Shown: piece after piece, positions 9,074-19,500 of the stretch
How positions within the stretch are numbered: the stretch's first letter is position 1
Layout: each line of letters begins with the position of its first letter
Program-made: the position numbers and the translations under genes
IMG/VR virus record: IMGVR_UViG_3300036779_000092
Location: 1-42,681 of that record
DNA: 42,681 nucleotides
From: a virus
Taxonomy: Duplodnaviria > Caudoviricetes
Reading direction: 5' to 3' (one strand)
Notes under the pieces: generated by a model
Told to the model about the DNA's origin: nothing
What the model saw: the letters and a program-made list of their open reading frames with translations, nothing else
Databases searched by the model: none

Positions 9074-9406
9074 ATGCCATGTGAATGGATCAAAATGCCG
9101 GATGGATCCGTCGTGCACATCAACCGCGGCCGCGGCGGGAAGCAGCAGCGGTGCGGGTTTTGCGGTGAGAAATACCGGGAAGGAAAAGTCTGCGATTTCC
9201 CGATTGGCAACGGCAAAACCTGCGATGCAGAGATGTGCAGCAAATGCGCGACCACCGTGGGCAGGCAGCATACCGAATACGCGCCCGGCACCGGCATGGT
9301 CAGACTGAATGACACCGTTGACCTTTGCCCCCTGCATAGAGACGCAGCAAGTTGGTCGGCGGATGAGGGAATAAAACGGATTCCACTTGAAGGAAAGGTA
9401 AGCTGA
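9074..9406 (+). CDS. Cys-rich zinc-binding phage protein
   Basis: CGFC, CDFP..GKTCD..C..C, DLCPLH. Confidence 0.7.
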   Translation: MPCEWIKMPDGSVVHINRGRGGKQQRCGFCGEKYREGKVCDFPIGNGKTCDAEMCSKCATTVGRQHTEYAPGTGMVRLNDTVDLCPLHRDAASWSADEGIKRIPLEGKVS

Positions 9407-9627
9407 TGCCGGTTGACCGTGACAATCTACTGGATGTGTTCAGCTACCATGCACCCAAGCCGGGCCAGACGGAGAAGTATGAAGAACTGCGAAATGCGGC
9501 GTTCACTTTCGCCAGGACTATTCTCGAATTCACACCAGTCTGCGCCGATCAGCAGGCCGCAATTCGCTTGGTACGTGAAGCGGTGATGACAGCTAATGCT
9601 GCAATCGCGCTGGAGGGAAAGATTTGA
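9406..9627 (+). CDS. Acb2/Tad1-like helical hairpin protein (candidate anti-defence nucleotide sponge)
   Basis: FSYHAP..GQ..KYEELR...P...DQQAAIRLVREAVMTANAAIA matches the family pattern as recalled. Confidence 0.65.
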   Translation: MPVDRDNLLDVFSYHAPKPGQTEKYEELRNAAFTFARTILEFTPVCADQQAAIRLVREAVMTANAAIALEGKI

Positions 9628-9866
9628 AAATCACGATTGAAAGCACCGACCGGATTGTGTTGCTTGAGAGCGGAGCGGATGGGCTTGCGCTCCCTGCTGG
9701 CCGCATCTGGGAAGGCAAAACCGAGAGCGGCATTTATGTTCAATGCGTGATTACGCGCATCGCGGCGCCGGCCGATGCAGACCTGGCGGAGTTTGAAAGA
9801 GAGTTGAGCCAACAATCCCCGCCGGTGTCTGGACCGCAGGTATTTCCTTTGCGCATGGTGCTCTGA
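9624..9866 (+). CDS. Hypothetical phage protein
   Basis: MKITIEST...RIWEGKTESGI; TTGA overlap. Confidence 0.65.
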   Translation: MKITIESTDRIVLLESGADGLALPAGRIWEGKTESGIYVQCVITRIAAPADADLAEFERELSQQSPPVSGPQVFPLRMVL

Positions 9867-10309
9867 TGGCCACCAACTACGAAAAATATCTGGCCGGCGA
9901 ACCGCTCAACGAAGAATTGGCGGCGCTGAAGGCTGGACGGCTGCCAGAATTCGAGATGCGGGAACACGCGGCGTTCGTTCAATCGCCCGACAGTGAACCG
10001 CACGCCGATGATGAAAAGGCGTTGACCCGCGAGGAATGTGTTGCGCTGCGCGAATTGCGCCTCTCCGCGGCCTGGCCAGTGTTGCAGAAATTGATTCGCA
10101 GGACCACAACCGGCCACAAAAATGCGGCCGTGCTACTTTCAGAGCAGGATCCATTAGGGGCAGGAAGAGACTTGGCAAATGCGTGGCTGGAAGTGAAAGT
10201 GTGGAAGCAGCTTACAGCACAACTGACCTGGTTAATCGTTATCGCGATTGAATCGCTGGAGGATCCCCATGGCGGAATTGAAACTCAATCCCCCATCGAA
10301 AGGGCATAA
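9866..10309 (+). CDS. Hypothetical head-module protein
   Basis: Helical protein between portal and scaffold; SAAWPVL motif typical of this position. Confidence 0.6.
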   Translation: MATNYEKYLAGEPLNEELAALKAGRLPEFEMREHAAFVQSPDSEPHADDEKALTREECVALRELRLSAAWPVLQKLIRRTTTGHKNAAVLLSEQDPLGAGRDLANAWLEVKVWKQLTAQLTWLIVIAIESLEDPHGGIETQSPIERA

Positions 10310-10556
10310 GCCGGAAGGCGCCCACGGCCGGGCCGCGGTGCGCGCGCTGGGACGCACGAAGACCACCGGCAACTTTGCTAAGATCGAGGCCGCCCGCGGC
10401 AAGGGCGCAGCCGTGGCCGCATATCAGAACGCGCTGAAGGCCCACAAGGGCGAACACAACGGGCCCAAGGCGCACGTAGGCAAGTCTGGGATCCATTACG
10501 GAGCCCATGACGGGCTCGACGCGATCACCGCGCAAACGGGCTGCGAACGCTGCTAG
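10269..10556 (+). CDS. Small basic protein
   Basis: GGAGG RBS before ATG 10269; rich in K/R/H/G. Confidence 0.55.
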   Translation: MAELKLNPPSKGHKPEGAHGRAAVRALGRTKTTGNFAKIEAARGKGAAVAAYQNALKAHKGEHNGPKAHVGKSGIHYGAHDGLDAITAQTGCERC

Positions 10557-10566
10557 GGGGCAAATC

Positions 10567-11376
10567 ATGAAAGGATTTTGGAGTGAAACGCGCGCGAACG
10601 GCCAGCCGGTACAGGCAGGTACAGTTTGCTTCGTCACAGATCTTGAAGACGGCACGCACCCGATTTACACCTACGGCAAGAACCAGGAAGAAGTGCTGGA
10701 AAAGCTGGCCATGCAGAACGCCAATGCGCAACTGGCCCTGGCTCGACGTCCCAACGGGGCGCCATCGGCGCCGCCTATTCCTCCCCGTAGCATCTCTGCT
10801 GATGATGTAATGCAGGCTACCCAGGACCTGCAGAACCCCGCCAAGGCCGGCGCAGCCGTGGCGACACTGTACGAGGCATACACGGGCATCGACCCCGTGC
10901 TGCAGGCCCGCCAGGCTTATGCCGCCCTGGCGATGGAGTGGGAGAGCGAGACGCCGGACTTTTACCCCCACCCCGGCAATCGTCAACTGGTGGGCGATAA
11001 GGCAATCAGGATGGCCGGCAACAAGCCGGGCCTGGTAACGCGCGAGATTCTGAATCGTGCGTTTCACCAACTGCAAGCGGATGGCTTACTTTTCGAGAGA
11101 CTAGGACCCCATTCCGACGACACCCCACCCGCTACCCTCACGAACCTTCCCGGTGAGAGCCAGGTTCAGTCTTTCGAGAGGCCCAGAGGCACACGGTTTT
11201 CGACAGGCGCGCGAAGTTCAACCTTCAGCGCGCCTCAAACCGTGCAGACAAGGGCTTTGAAATATACGGAGGATCAGATCAGGAACATGCCGGAGCGTGA
11301 GCGGATGAAAGTGTTCAACGATCCCGATTACATCGCGGCGTGTGACTTCTATTACTCCGGCGGGGCGCGGGCCTAA
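10567..11376 (+). CDS. Capsid scaffolding protein
   Basis: Directly upstream of the capsid gene; helical; C-terminal YTEDQIRNMP motif typical of scaffolds. Confidence 0.7.
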   Translation: MKGFWSETRANGQPVQAGTVCFVTDLEDGTHPIYTYGKNQEEVLEKLAMQNANAQLALARRPNGAPSAPPIPPRSISADDVMQATQDLQNPAKAGAAVATLYEAYTGIDPVLQARQAYAALAMEWESETPDFYPHPGNRQLVGDKAIRMAGNKPGLVTREILNRAFHQLQADGLLFERLGPHSDDTPPATLTNLPGESQVQSFERPRGTRFSTGARSSTFSAPQTVQTRALKYTEDQIRNMPERERMKVFNDPDYIAACDFYYSGGARA

Positions 11377-11403
11377 ACGCTGGCGCCCGAGGGAGACGGG
11401 CGA

Positions 11404-12585
11404 ATGAAGCAACATACGCAGATAAAAATCAGCATGGCCCTGGTGCGCGTGCTCTGGCCACTTGTGCAGCTCATCGGCGCCATCGGCGGGGCGATTGCGG
11501 TAACCGCATCGCTAGCCATGCAGGCCGCGGCCATGGCGGCGCAACATCCAACTCTCACCGATGGACCGAGCCCGGCGGCGCAGACCAGCGCCAACATGCC
11601 GCAGGCGCGATTGACCATCCACTACAACCGCATTTTTTGCCGTTGGTTGTATATGTTCCTCAACAAAATGTTGCTGTGCACCCATATGGATCTGCCCGAG
11701 AAATCAGGGCAGACCTTCCGTAACTTCATGTCCCTCCCGATAGGCGCCGATCTGCAGCAGCAGACCGAGGGCACGATTGGACCGCCCGAGCAGATCAACG
11801 TCAATTTTAGGGATATTGTTGTGGGTCAGTGGGCCAATTACAACAACATCTCAGACCTGGCGTTCATGACCTCGATCAGCAATGACCTCGAAGAAAACCG
11901 GCGCATCATGGCTTACCAGCTTGGGCAGACGGTCGATGATCTGGTGATGTATATGTTCGACTACCTGCGCACGTTCGACGCGCGCACATCGAACCAGGAT
12001 TCTCTGGCGGCGCCTTATAGCTTTGGGAAAAACATCATCGAGCAAATGCCGGCCAGCTTGAGCGGGGCGACTGTGCCACCGATGAAAAGCGGAAGCTACA
12101 ACGGATCCACCCATCCGTTTTTCGTTGGCGATCTGCAGCTCGACAACTCTAACAACTCAGTCGTTGACATCTGGAAGCATACCGATGCCGGCCAACTCAG
12201 GTTGGAAGGGTTGACCATGGCCGATGAGGGCCAGGGAGACACCAGGATCCTTGAGCTGTTCGGCGCGCGCTGGCGCCAATCGACCAACCAGACGCAATAC
12301 GCGGCCTGGCAAGGCAGCAGCGTAACCGGCCTGAGCACCTACCTGGCCGGAGAGCTGGCGATCGTGTTCGTGAACTTCCCCAACAAGCGCCACACCAAGA
12401 TAGACCCGCGCTGGGAAAACATGAACCTCTGGGCGGGCGAATACACGGCTAAAACCGCGTTCGATCCGAACGGGCTCATTTATGGCGGGAGCGGATACAA
12501 CTGCGTTCTCGGCATAGGATTGCCCCCGGATCCGGCCGGCACCAGTCGCGCGCGCATCGCCGTTGCTGTACCGCAAACCACGTAA
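11404..12585 (+). CDS. Major capsid protein (N4-gp56-like, HK97 fold) with hydrophobic N-terminal leader
   Basis: DLPEKSGQTFRNF, TEGT, GQWANYNNISD, LGQTVDDL and HPF motifs; position after the scaffold. Confidence 0.85.
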   Translation: MKQHTQIKISMALVRVLWPLVQLIGAIGGAIAVTASLAMQAAAMAAQHPTLTDGPSPAAQTSANMPQARLTIHYNRIFCRWLYMFLNKMLLCTHMDLPEKSGQTFRNFMSLPIGADLQQQTEGTIGPPEQINVNFRDIVVGQWANYNNISDLAFMTSISNDLEENRRIMAYQLGQTVDDLVMYMFDYLRTFDARTSNQDSLAAPYSFGKNIIEQMPASLSGATVPPMKSGSYNGSTHPFFVGDLQLDNSNNSVVDIWKHTDAGQLRLEGLTMADEGQGDTRILELFGARWRQSTNQTQYAAWQGSSVTGLSTYLAGELAIVFVNFPNKRHTKIDPRWENMNLWAGEYTAKTAFDPNGLIYGGSGYNCVLGIGLPPDPAGTSRARIAVAVPQTT

Positions 12586-12599
12586 AGGAGGGCTGGCCC

Positions 12600-12896
12600 A
12601 TGCCAGAACGAGTCTATTGCCCGCGGTGCGCCAAGCCCGCGGTGAGAGGCGACAGCGCGACGGAAGAAATCTGGCGCTGTCCGGACCAGCACGGAATTGT
12701 TTACAAGGCGGTTCGTGTTGAGATTCCGCAGGAGGCGCCCCAGCTTGCCGCGGAGAACGAGCCCGAGCCCGAGCCCGAGGAAGAAGGGGAAGAAAGCGAG
12801 GGAAAGGAGGATCCGGAGCCCGAAGCCAGAGCCAGAGCGCCGGCGGCGCAGCGTCGGGCGCCGGCCAAGAAATCATACGCGCCGAAAAAGAAATGA
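12600..12896 (+). CDS. Zn-ribbon plus acidic/basic low-complexity protein
   Basis: CPRC..CPDQH; AAGGAGG RBS. Confidence 0.65.
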   Translation: MPERVYCPRCAKPAVRGDSATEEIWRCPDQHGIVYKAVRVEIPQEAPQLAAENEPEPEPEEEGEESEGKEDPEPEARARAPAAQRRAPAKKSYAPKKK

Positions 12897-13123
12897 CCTG
12901 GCTCTGTGTTGTCGCGATAGTCGCCCTGGTGGCGCTGGCCGGTTTGAGGATCAGCGCGCCCCGGCGCCGGCGATTGACGCATCTCTACCACATTCGCTAT
13001 GTGATCGAAGGCAAATCCATTACGGGAGTGAAACACCATGGCCGAGCAAACACTGGCGCAAGTAGAAGCCGAAATCAAGCGCATCCAGCTCGAAACCGCG
13101 CAGATCCAACTGGAAAAAGCTAA
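12893..13123 (+). CDS. Possible small membrane-anchored protein
   Basis: ATGA overlap and N-terminal hydrophobic helix, but overlaps the next gene by 86 nt. Confidence 0.35.
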   Translation: MTWLCVVAIVALVALAGLRISAPRRRRLTHLYHIRYVIEGKSITGVKHHGRANTGASRSRNQAHPARNRADPTGKS

Positions 13124-13640
13124 AGATGAAATCGAGCAATACAAGAGCCAGAAAGAGCTGCGCAGCCGACAGAATCGCCAGCGCCAGAAACAGTTAAGAA
13201 CCGATTTGATCGAGCGTGCAACGATCATTGCCGCTTGCACCCATCGTCAAGGCGGATCCCCGGGCCGGGAAAGCAAAGGGGAAGGCCCGAGCGCGCTGCG
13301 CGTCGTTGTCCTGCCCGACAATCGCACGTTGATTATGTGTGCCAACTGTCCGCTGCGCGTGTTCTCTCCCCTGTCCACCAACAAGAACCCCGACCGCCGG
13401 CGGGGAGAATCCGCGGCCGATGCCAAGGCGCGAGTGGAGAAATACGACCGCGAGATGCAGGAATTTGAACGCCTGCAGGATCTGGCCAGGCAGCAACTGA
13501 CACCGGAAGCCGGCGCCCCCATGCACTGCGGAAAGACATTCGCTTTTGTCGGTCGCGACGGGAACCAAATGACGATGCCCGCGCCCTGCGACAGCTACGC
13601 GCAAGGACGCGACAACCGCCAAGTAGAAGGAGCAATATGA
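13038..13640 (+). CDS. Coiled-coil plus zinc-binding hypothetical protein
   Basis: N-terminal coiled coil; CTH, CANC, HC. Confidence 0.7.
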   Translation: MAEQTLAQVEAEIKRIQLETAQIQLEKAKDEIEQYKSQKELRSRQNRQRQKQLRTDLIERATIIAACTHRQGGSPGRESKGEGPSALRVVVLPDNRTLIMCANCPLRVFSPLSTNKNPDRRRGESAADAKARVEKYDREMQEFERLQDLARQQLTPEAGAPMHCGKTFAFVGRDGNQMTMPAPCDSYAQGRDNRQVEGAI

Positions 13641-14092
13641 GGCTGGTCCCCCTGGTACGGGCCGGCGCGCTGCTGGCCCTCTTTTTCGCGTTCACACTGG
13701 TGGAGGCCGCCCCCACCTATAACCCCAAAAGCGGCGACCCGTGCAGCATCAACATGCGCGTGGTTGTGCCCATCAACCTGGCCGCCGGCGGGCAGCTCAT
13801 CACCGGGGTAACCAACAAAACAACCTACATCTGCAGCGTGCATCTGGTGACCGCCACGGCGCAGAATATCGCGCTTGTCGAAGGAACGGGAACCGTGTGC
13901 GCCACCAACACCGCGGGGATGGCCGGCGGGAACGCGGCCGCAACCGGCTGGAACCTGGCCATCAATCAAAGCCTGGCGCTGGGCAATGGCAATGCTTGGA
14001 TCCTGGCCACCGCGACCGCGGGCCGGAATGTGTGCCTATTGCTGAGCGGGACGGGACAGACTTCCGGCGCGATTCAGTACGTTCAACAATGA
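13637..14092 (+). CDS. Putative virion decoration protein with signal peptide
   Basis: MRLVPLVRAGALLALFFAFTLVEA-A leader, then a T/G/A-rich beta domain; AAGGAG RBS. Confidence 0.7.
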   Translation: MRLVPLVRAGALLALFFAFTLVEAAPTYNPKSGDPCSINMRVVVPINLAAGGQLITGVTNKTTYICSVHLVTATAQNIALVEGTGTVCATNTAGMAGGNAAATGWNLAINQSLALGNGNAWILATATAGRNVCLLLSGTGQTSGAIQYVQQ

Positions 14093-14097
14093 GCAGA

Positions 14098-14139
14098 ACC
14101 TATGCGGCGTATAGGTGAAACCTATGCGTTACCTATACG
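14098..14139. promoter_or_regulatory. parS-like cluster 1 (ACCTATRCG x4)
   Basis: ACCTATGCG 14098, CGTATAGGT 14108, ACCTATGCG 14120, ACCTATACG 14131; same motif as the parA upstream palindrome. Confidence 0.75.
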
Positions 14140-14160
14140 GAACGATCAAGGAGGATTGAC

Positions 14161-14790
14161 GTGGGCGCAGACAGAATCGTATCGGGCGGAATGCCGAGAA
14201 ACCAGTTCGACTCCCCGGGAGCCCTCATCGCAGATCAGATCAGCGGACTGCTGGGAATCGTGACAACCACGGGCATTACGGTAGGAGCTGCGCGCGCGGC
14301 CACCATTGCGCAACAGGCTGCGTTGAGCAATATCACCGTGGCGCAAAACCTCTTTACTCAGCTCATGGCCGGCGGAGCCTTGAACCTGTTAGGGCGAACG
14401 CTGCGGGTGAGAGGGACGGTGATCTATTCGACCACCGCCACCAACGTGGCCACCATCACCATTGCCATCAAGCTGGGCGCCGTGACCTTGTGCAGCATCA
14501 CCACCGCGGCCACCAACACCGCGGCTTCAGCCAACCTGCCCATTCAATTCGAATTTTTGCTGACCGTGGCCACCGCCGGCACCGGCGGCATGATTAACGC
14601 TCATGGGTCAGTGACCGCCAACATCGGCACCGCGGCCGCGGCCGTGGCCACCGTCTACCTCGACACCAACACCGCGGCGCAGGGGCCTGTTGACTTGACC
14701 ATAGCTGAAACTCTGGCCGTCACCATCGCAGCTTCGGCGGCCGTCCCGAGCGCACAGTTGCTCTCCGCCAGCGTCGACATTCTTTCCTAG
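14161..14790 (+). CDS. Putative virion structural protein
   Basis: A/T-rich beta protein; AAGGAGG RBS. Confidence 0.7.
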   Translation: MGADRIVSGGMPRNQFDSPGALIADQISGLLGIVTTTGITVGAARAATIAQQAALSNITVAQNLFTQLMAGGALNLLGRTLRVRGTVIYSTTATNVATITIAIKLGAVTLCSITTAATNTAASANLPIQFEFLLTVATAGTGGMINAHGSVTANIGTAAAAVATVYLDTNTAAQGPVDLTIAETLAVTIAASAAVPSAQLLSASVDILS

Positions 14791-14796
14791 GCCAAT

Positions 14797-15810
14797 ATGG
14801 GAAACTCCACCAAAACGCTCGAAAGTGTTTACGACTCCATTGCAGCCAAGGGCGTGCCGGATCCGCGCGCCCTGCCCTCTGGCTATAGCGACACCTTATC
14901 GCTCGAATTGGGCAACGAAGTCATGGCCGATCTGCTGGGCGGCGCCGTCAACATACGCGGAGACATAACCAGGTTCAACTGGAAATTTAATCGCGCGATC
15001 GCGCAACCGTTCCAGCTCAACTCGTGGCAGCAAGACTATCCGATGCCGGCGCAGACCGCGGGCATCATCGGCTGGGGCGAAGACTGCGACATCGTGGACG
15101 TGAATAACACCACGATGCCCAAGCCGCTGAATTGGGACGGCGCCGTCACCTGGAAAAAACAACTCCCGCGAACCAGCTTGAGCCGATGGCGGCCAATGCA
15201 GATCTGCTGGATGTACAACCAGACGCTGAGCTTTGGCCAGTGGCCCGGCGCCAGCGTGACATTTTATCCGCTCGATGGCAGCAACCAGAAAAGCAACCCC
15301 ATCATGAGCATGATCGACAGCAACGGCAATCTGCTGATCGTCACCGGCTTTGGAGTGACGGGCAGCGCGGCGCCGAGCTTGCCCGCCAACACTACCGAAG
15401 GCACAACGGTCACGGATGGATCTGTAACTTGGACGGTTGTATCGCCAACCAGCCAGGGATTCCGCGTCGACTGGCTGCCAAATGCGACCTCGCCCAACTA
15501 CCAATTGATTCCCTATGTCCAGATCGAGCCCCCGACATTCGCCAAGCTGGGGCAAACTCTGGATCCGATCCCCGACAGCTTCAGCCGGCATTTTTTCGAC
15601 GGCCTGGAAGCGGCCATGTACAAGGCTTCACCCAACCCTGGCGACGTGAAACGCGGGGAACGGGCGCGCGTCGACTGGCTGGCTGCATTGCTCATCATGA
15701 CCGGCCAGGGCAACAAAGAGCCGGATGCATTCGCTTTGATACCCATGAACCAGGCAGTTGAAAGGCGCTGGGGAAACGACGCGCCTTACACCGCGGATCA
15801 TCCCGTCTGA
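14797..15810 (+). CDS. Head-to-tail adaptor with an inserted TDGxVTW repeat domain
   Basis: Adaptor-like FNWKFNRA...QQDY and IPDSFS; position in the operon. Confidence 0.65.
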   Translation: MGNSTKTLESVYDSIAAKGVPDPRALPSGYSDTLSLELGNEVMADLLGGAVNIRGDITRFNWKFNRAIAQPFQLNSWQQDYPMPAQTAGIIGWGEDCDIVDVNNTTMPKPLNWDGAVTWKKQLPRTSLSRWRPMQICWMYNQTLSFGQWPGASVTFYPLDGSNQKSNPIMSMIDSNGNLLIVTGFGVTGSAAPSLPANTTEGTTVTDGSVTWTVVSPTSQGFRVDWLPNATSPNYQLIPYVQIEPPTFAKLGQTLDPIPDSFSRHFFDGLEAAMYKASPNPGDVKRGERARVDWLAALLIMTGQGNKEPDAFALIPMNQAVERRWGNDAPYTADHPV

Positions 15811-15813
15811 GGC

Positions 15814-15860
15814 GAAACTCTCCAGAGTCTGAAGGAAACTTCCCAGAGTCTGAAGGAAAC
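15814..15860. repeat. 21-bp tandem repeat GAAACTYYCCAGAGTCTGAAG (~2.2 copies)
   Basis: Units start at 15814, 15835 and 15856; fills the intergenic gap. Confidence 0.85.
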
Positions 15861-15863
15861 AAA

Positions 15864-16574
15864 ATGGCAAGCACGCAGAACGTAATGAACTCGGTCATCT
15901 TCGTTCAGACGCTGATAAAAAATCAGCGCCTGAATGTGAATGGGCAAGAGCCCGCATTGACCGCGGCCAACATCGTTCTGCAGCGCATCCTGGGGCCGCC
16001 CTTCATCTGGCGCCAGAATCGTGCTACCTTGCCGGTTCCGATCTCGACCGCGGGCGGGACCGATTACGTGGTCAATGTGCCCAACCTGGGGCGCATCGAA
16101 ACGCAATGGCTCAATGACTCCGCCACCGGCAAAAACATGGAGCTGAGCGGCGCCGTGGCCCTGGCGAAAGTTGGCTCTCAGCAGAGGCCCACACAAGTGG
16201 CGCCGCAGTATGACGACAACCTGGGAAATATCACGTTTAGATTTAATGCCATTCCAGACAAATCCTATACGGCATTTTTTGACTACCAGCAAAAGGCGCC
16301 GCTGATTACGAGCTGGGCGAACCCATGGGGTGTGATCCCAGACGAGTGCGGCTATATCTACAACAAAGGTTTTCTGTCTCTGGGGGCCCTGCTTGTCAAT
16401 GACTCGCGATTCTCGATCTGGGAACGCGATTTTGTGGCGTCTCTGTTGGGCGCGCAGGATGGCCTGGATGAGCAAGCGAAAGCGATTTTCCTTGGCCAGT
16501 GGATGAGTGATTCGCGCAGCGTGACCCGCAGCCAGGGATCTGTACAGGGTGGCGTGGCAGGGAGAGCGCAATAA
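15864..16574 (+). CDS. Second head-tail adaptor / tail tubular protein A-like
   Basis: PPFIWRQNR, GTDY, IPDKSY, IPDE motifs paralogous to the preceding adaptor. Confidence 0.65.
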   Translation: MASTQNVMNSVIFVQTLIKNQRLNVNGQEPALTAANIVLQRILGPPFIWRQNRATLPVPISTAGGTDYVVNVPNLGRIETQWLNDSATGKNMELSGAVALAKVGSQQRPTQVAPQYDDNLGNITFRFNAIPDKSYTAFFDYQQKAPLITSWANPWGVIPDECGYIYNKGFLSLGALLVNDSRFSIWERDFVASLLGAQDGLDEQAKAIFLGQWMSDSRSVTRSQGSVQGGVAGRAQ

Positions 16575-19500
16575 TGGCCGGGCCGATCGCAGCCACGGGC
16601 GCCATCTCGAACCCGACCAGGTACGGGGCGCTCACCATGGGCGGGGAGCAATTCACCGGCATATGGACGCAGCGCAGCCCATACAGAGATGCGGCGACCG
16701 CTTACCTGATGAAGAAGTTCTATCAGGGCTCAAGGTTTGACTCGATCTGGGATGGACTCAACCGCGAGATAAGCTGCAGGCTCACAGACGTTCGCCGGCC
16801 AGGAACTTCAATTTACAACTCGGGCAACTTCAACGCGGTGCAGGGTTTTTACAGCTTCAAGTACATCTCGAACGGCAATGAAATTGTGCGCGTGATGGTC
16901 GACAGTGCTTTTAACGTGCAGGACGGCACCGCGGGTGGGCAGACAACTCTTTTCACCAAAGGCGCCGGCGCCGGCAAAACCCGCTTTCTGGGCTTGGGAT
17001 CGACGCTCTACATGGGCGACGGAGCGGAAACAAAAAAATGGATAGCGGGCTCCGTGAGCTGGGGCGCCTCGACAGTCGCCACCATCGCGGAAATTGAAAT
17101 CATCAAGAGGCAGCGCGCCGGCGTGGGCCCATACGTCTATTTTCTGATCGTCTCGCTGACCGCAACCGCGCCCACCCTGGCCACGGGCACCATCGTTACA
17201 TTCGCAGGACTAACCGGATACCCGACGCTCAATGGCCAGCAACTGACCCCAACGAGCGCGGGCACCAACAGACAGTACAACATCCTTCTGAGCGCAAATC
17301 AGTTGGCTTTTGTTTATGGAAACGCTCTCTATCCCTTCACCGCGGAGACAGGCACCATTTCGGCCGGCACGATCATAGCGCCTGGTACGCTCATCACCGA
17401 TCCCAACGACAACGTGCAGATGGCGCTGGGCGGGATCGTCATGAATATTTTGGCCACATCTTCGAGCGGGACTGTGACCACGATCTACTTTGATCCTCAG
17501 AGCGTGACCAACCAGTTCGCGGACCTGCAGGGCGCGTCCTTGACGTTCAGCGGGCTAACTGGGACGGGCAGCTACCTGAATGGAAACACATACACTCTCG
17601 CGGTTGTTTCCTCGACGCTGGGAATCGCCACGATCAACGTGGCCCATGCGGCCTATGCAGAGGCGAACGACACTGGCAGCGCCACTACAGGCAACGGCGG
17701 TACCGGAACGACTCCGCCTGCATGGTCCTCCACTCAATTTGCGATTACTCCCGATGGGACCAATCAGCAGTGGAAGTGCTACGGATCCGCGGTGCAATCG
17801 ATGGGCCTGGCAGGACCTGCCAACGCGCCGGCGATTACTCCCGTGAACGGTACGCAGTTCTGGCAGCCGCTCACTCTCTATCCCAACACTTTGTACTGCA
17901 TTCTTGATAACAACCAGAACATCGAATTTGTCTTTGGCAATATCAGCGGGGGAAGCCCCCTTGTGACGGGGCGCAGTTATCCCACGTTTGCAGCCGCGCC
18001 CACTGCAACGGTTCCTTACCCCACAACGGCCGATGGGAATGTGATCTGGATGAATGCAGGCAAGCCGCTGATCTGGCAGCCCTCGACTGCGTACCCGCTT
18101 TATAAATGCATCATCGATCCAAACCAGAATATCCAGATCGTCAGTGCAGCGGGCACGTCTGGGGCCACCGCGCCGACCACTTGGGCTTCAACGGTTGGCG
18201 GCTCTACGACAGACGGCGGGATCACCTGGATTTGTGGCGGGCCAGGCGTGACCATCACCACCGACAGCGTGCAATACGCTTTTTCGACTCATGCCGTCGA
18301 CGGCAGCGTGAGCCCCGCATCTCCGACCGCCACCATTCAAGGCCCTATCCTGGGCCGGCCGACCGGGCCATATCTGCAATTAACAGGGAGTTTCAGCCCC
18401 ACGCCGCAACTCGATCAGATCTGGATTTGGCGAACTCCGCAGGGCCAGAGCCAGCTTGTTTTCGATGATGCGATCCCTATTGATCCCTATTACTCGGGCG
18501 GGATGTTCACCTATCAGGACCTGGGGATCCCCGACACATCAAGCAGCGGCAGCGGTGCGCTCAACCCCTTCATCATCGCGCCCGTCGCGGACTCGAACGA
18601 TGCCCCGCCCTCGAATCTGACCGGCTTTACCTATCACCTGCAACGTGTGTGGGGATTCAGCGGGAACAGGGTGAATTGGTCCGGCGGGCCGGATACGAAT
18701 ACAGGCAACGGCGCGACTGCGTGGCCACCCTTAAACTCATTCAGCTTTCAGGCGCGCGTGATCCGGTTGCTACCCATCACCGTGCAGAATGGCGCTCTGC
18801 TTGTTTTCACTAGCAGCGGAATCAAAATCATCCTGGGCACGGGAACCCAAAGCAATCCGTTTTACGCAACTTCTTTCTGCGAAAAAATCAACCTGGCAAA
18901 CTACGACGCTCTGGATGTGCTGGGCACTGAAATCTTTCTCATGGAATCGAATTTGAAAGTGAGTACGTTGCGAATCGAGTATCCATTCGATCCGCAGAGC
19001 GGCTATAGCGAAGTAGGTTTCCCGATTGGCGATCAATTCCAGAAAGTGACCACGGGCGGATATGCAGCTTCCCTGTTCAGCCCGGCCAGCAGCTTTCTGA
19101 GCTGGAACATTCACAGCACGCAAGAGACTGCCATGTACGTGGCCGATGGCAACGTGGGATGGTTCCGCTTGTCGGCAACCAACCCACCCGAGAGCGGATG
19201 GATTTGGAGTCCGTTTGCCGCGACCGTGATGGGTACCAGCGCCGTGCAATCAGTCGAAACCAGCCCCGGAGTTTTCAACCTACTCATGGGGCCGGCCACG
19301 TCAGGGCCCATCAACATGAGGGACACGACCGGAACAGTCTGGACAGACCTGGGGACCGCGTATCCATCGTGGGACGCCAAGGGCGTGAACCTGTTGTGTG
19401 CCACGGGGCAGTGGACTGAAGTTGCGCATATATCGGCCAAGAGCATGGCAGTGGGCGCCAGGCCCGCGGTAAGCGTATTGCTGGGAGAAATCAATCCGTC

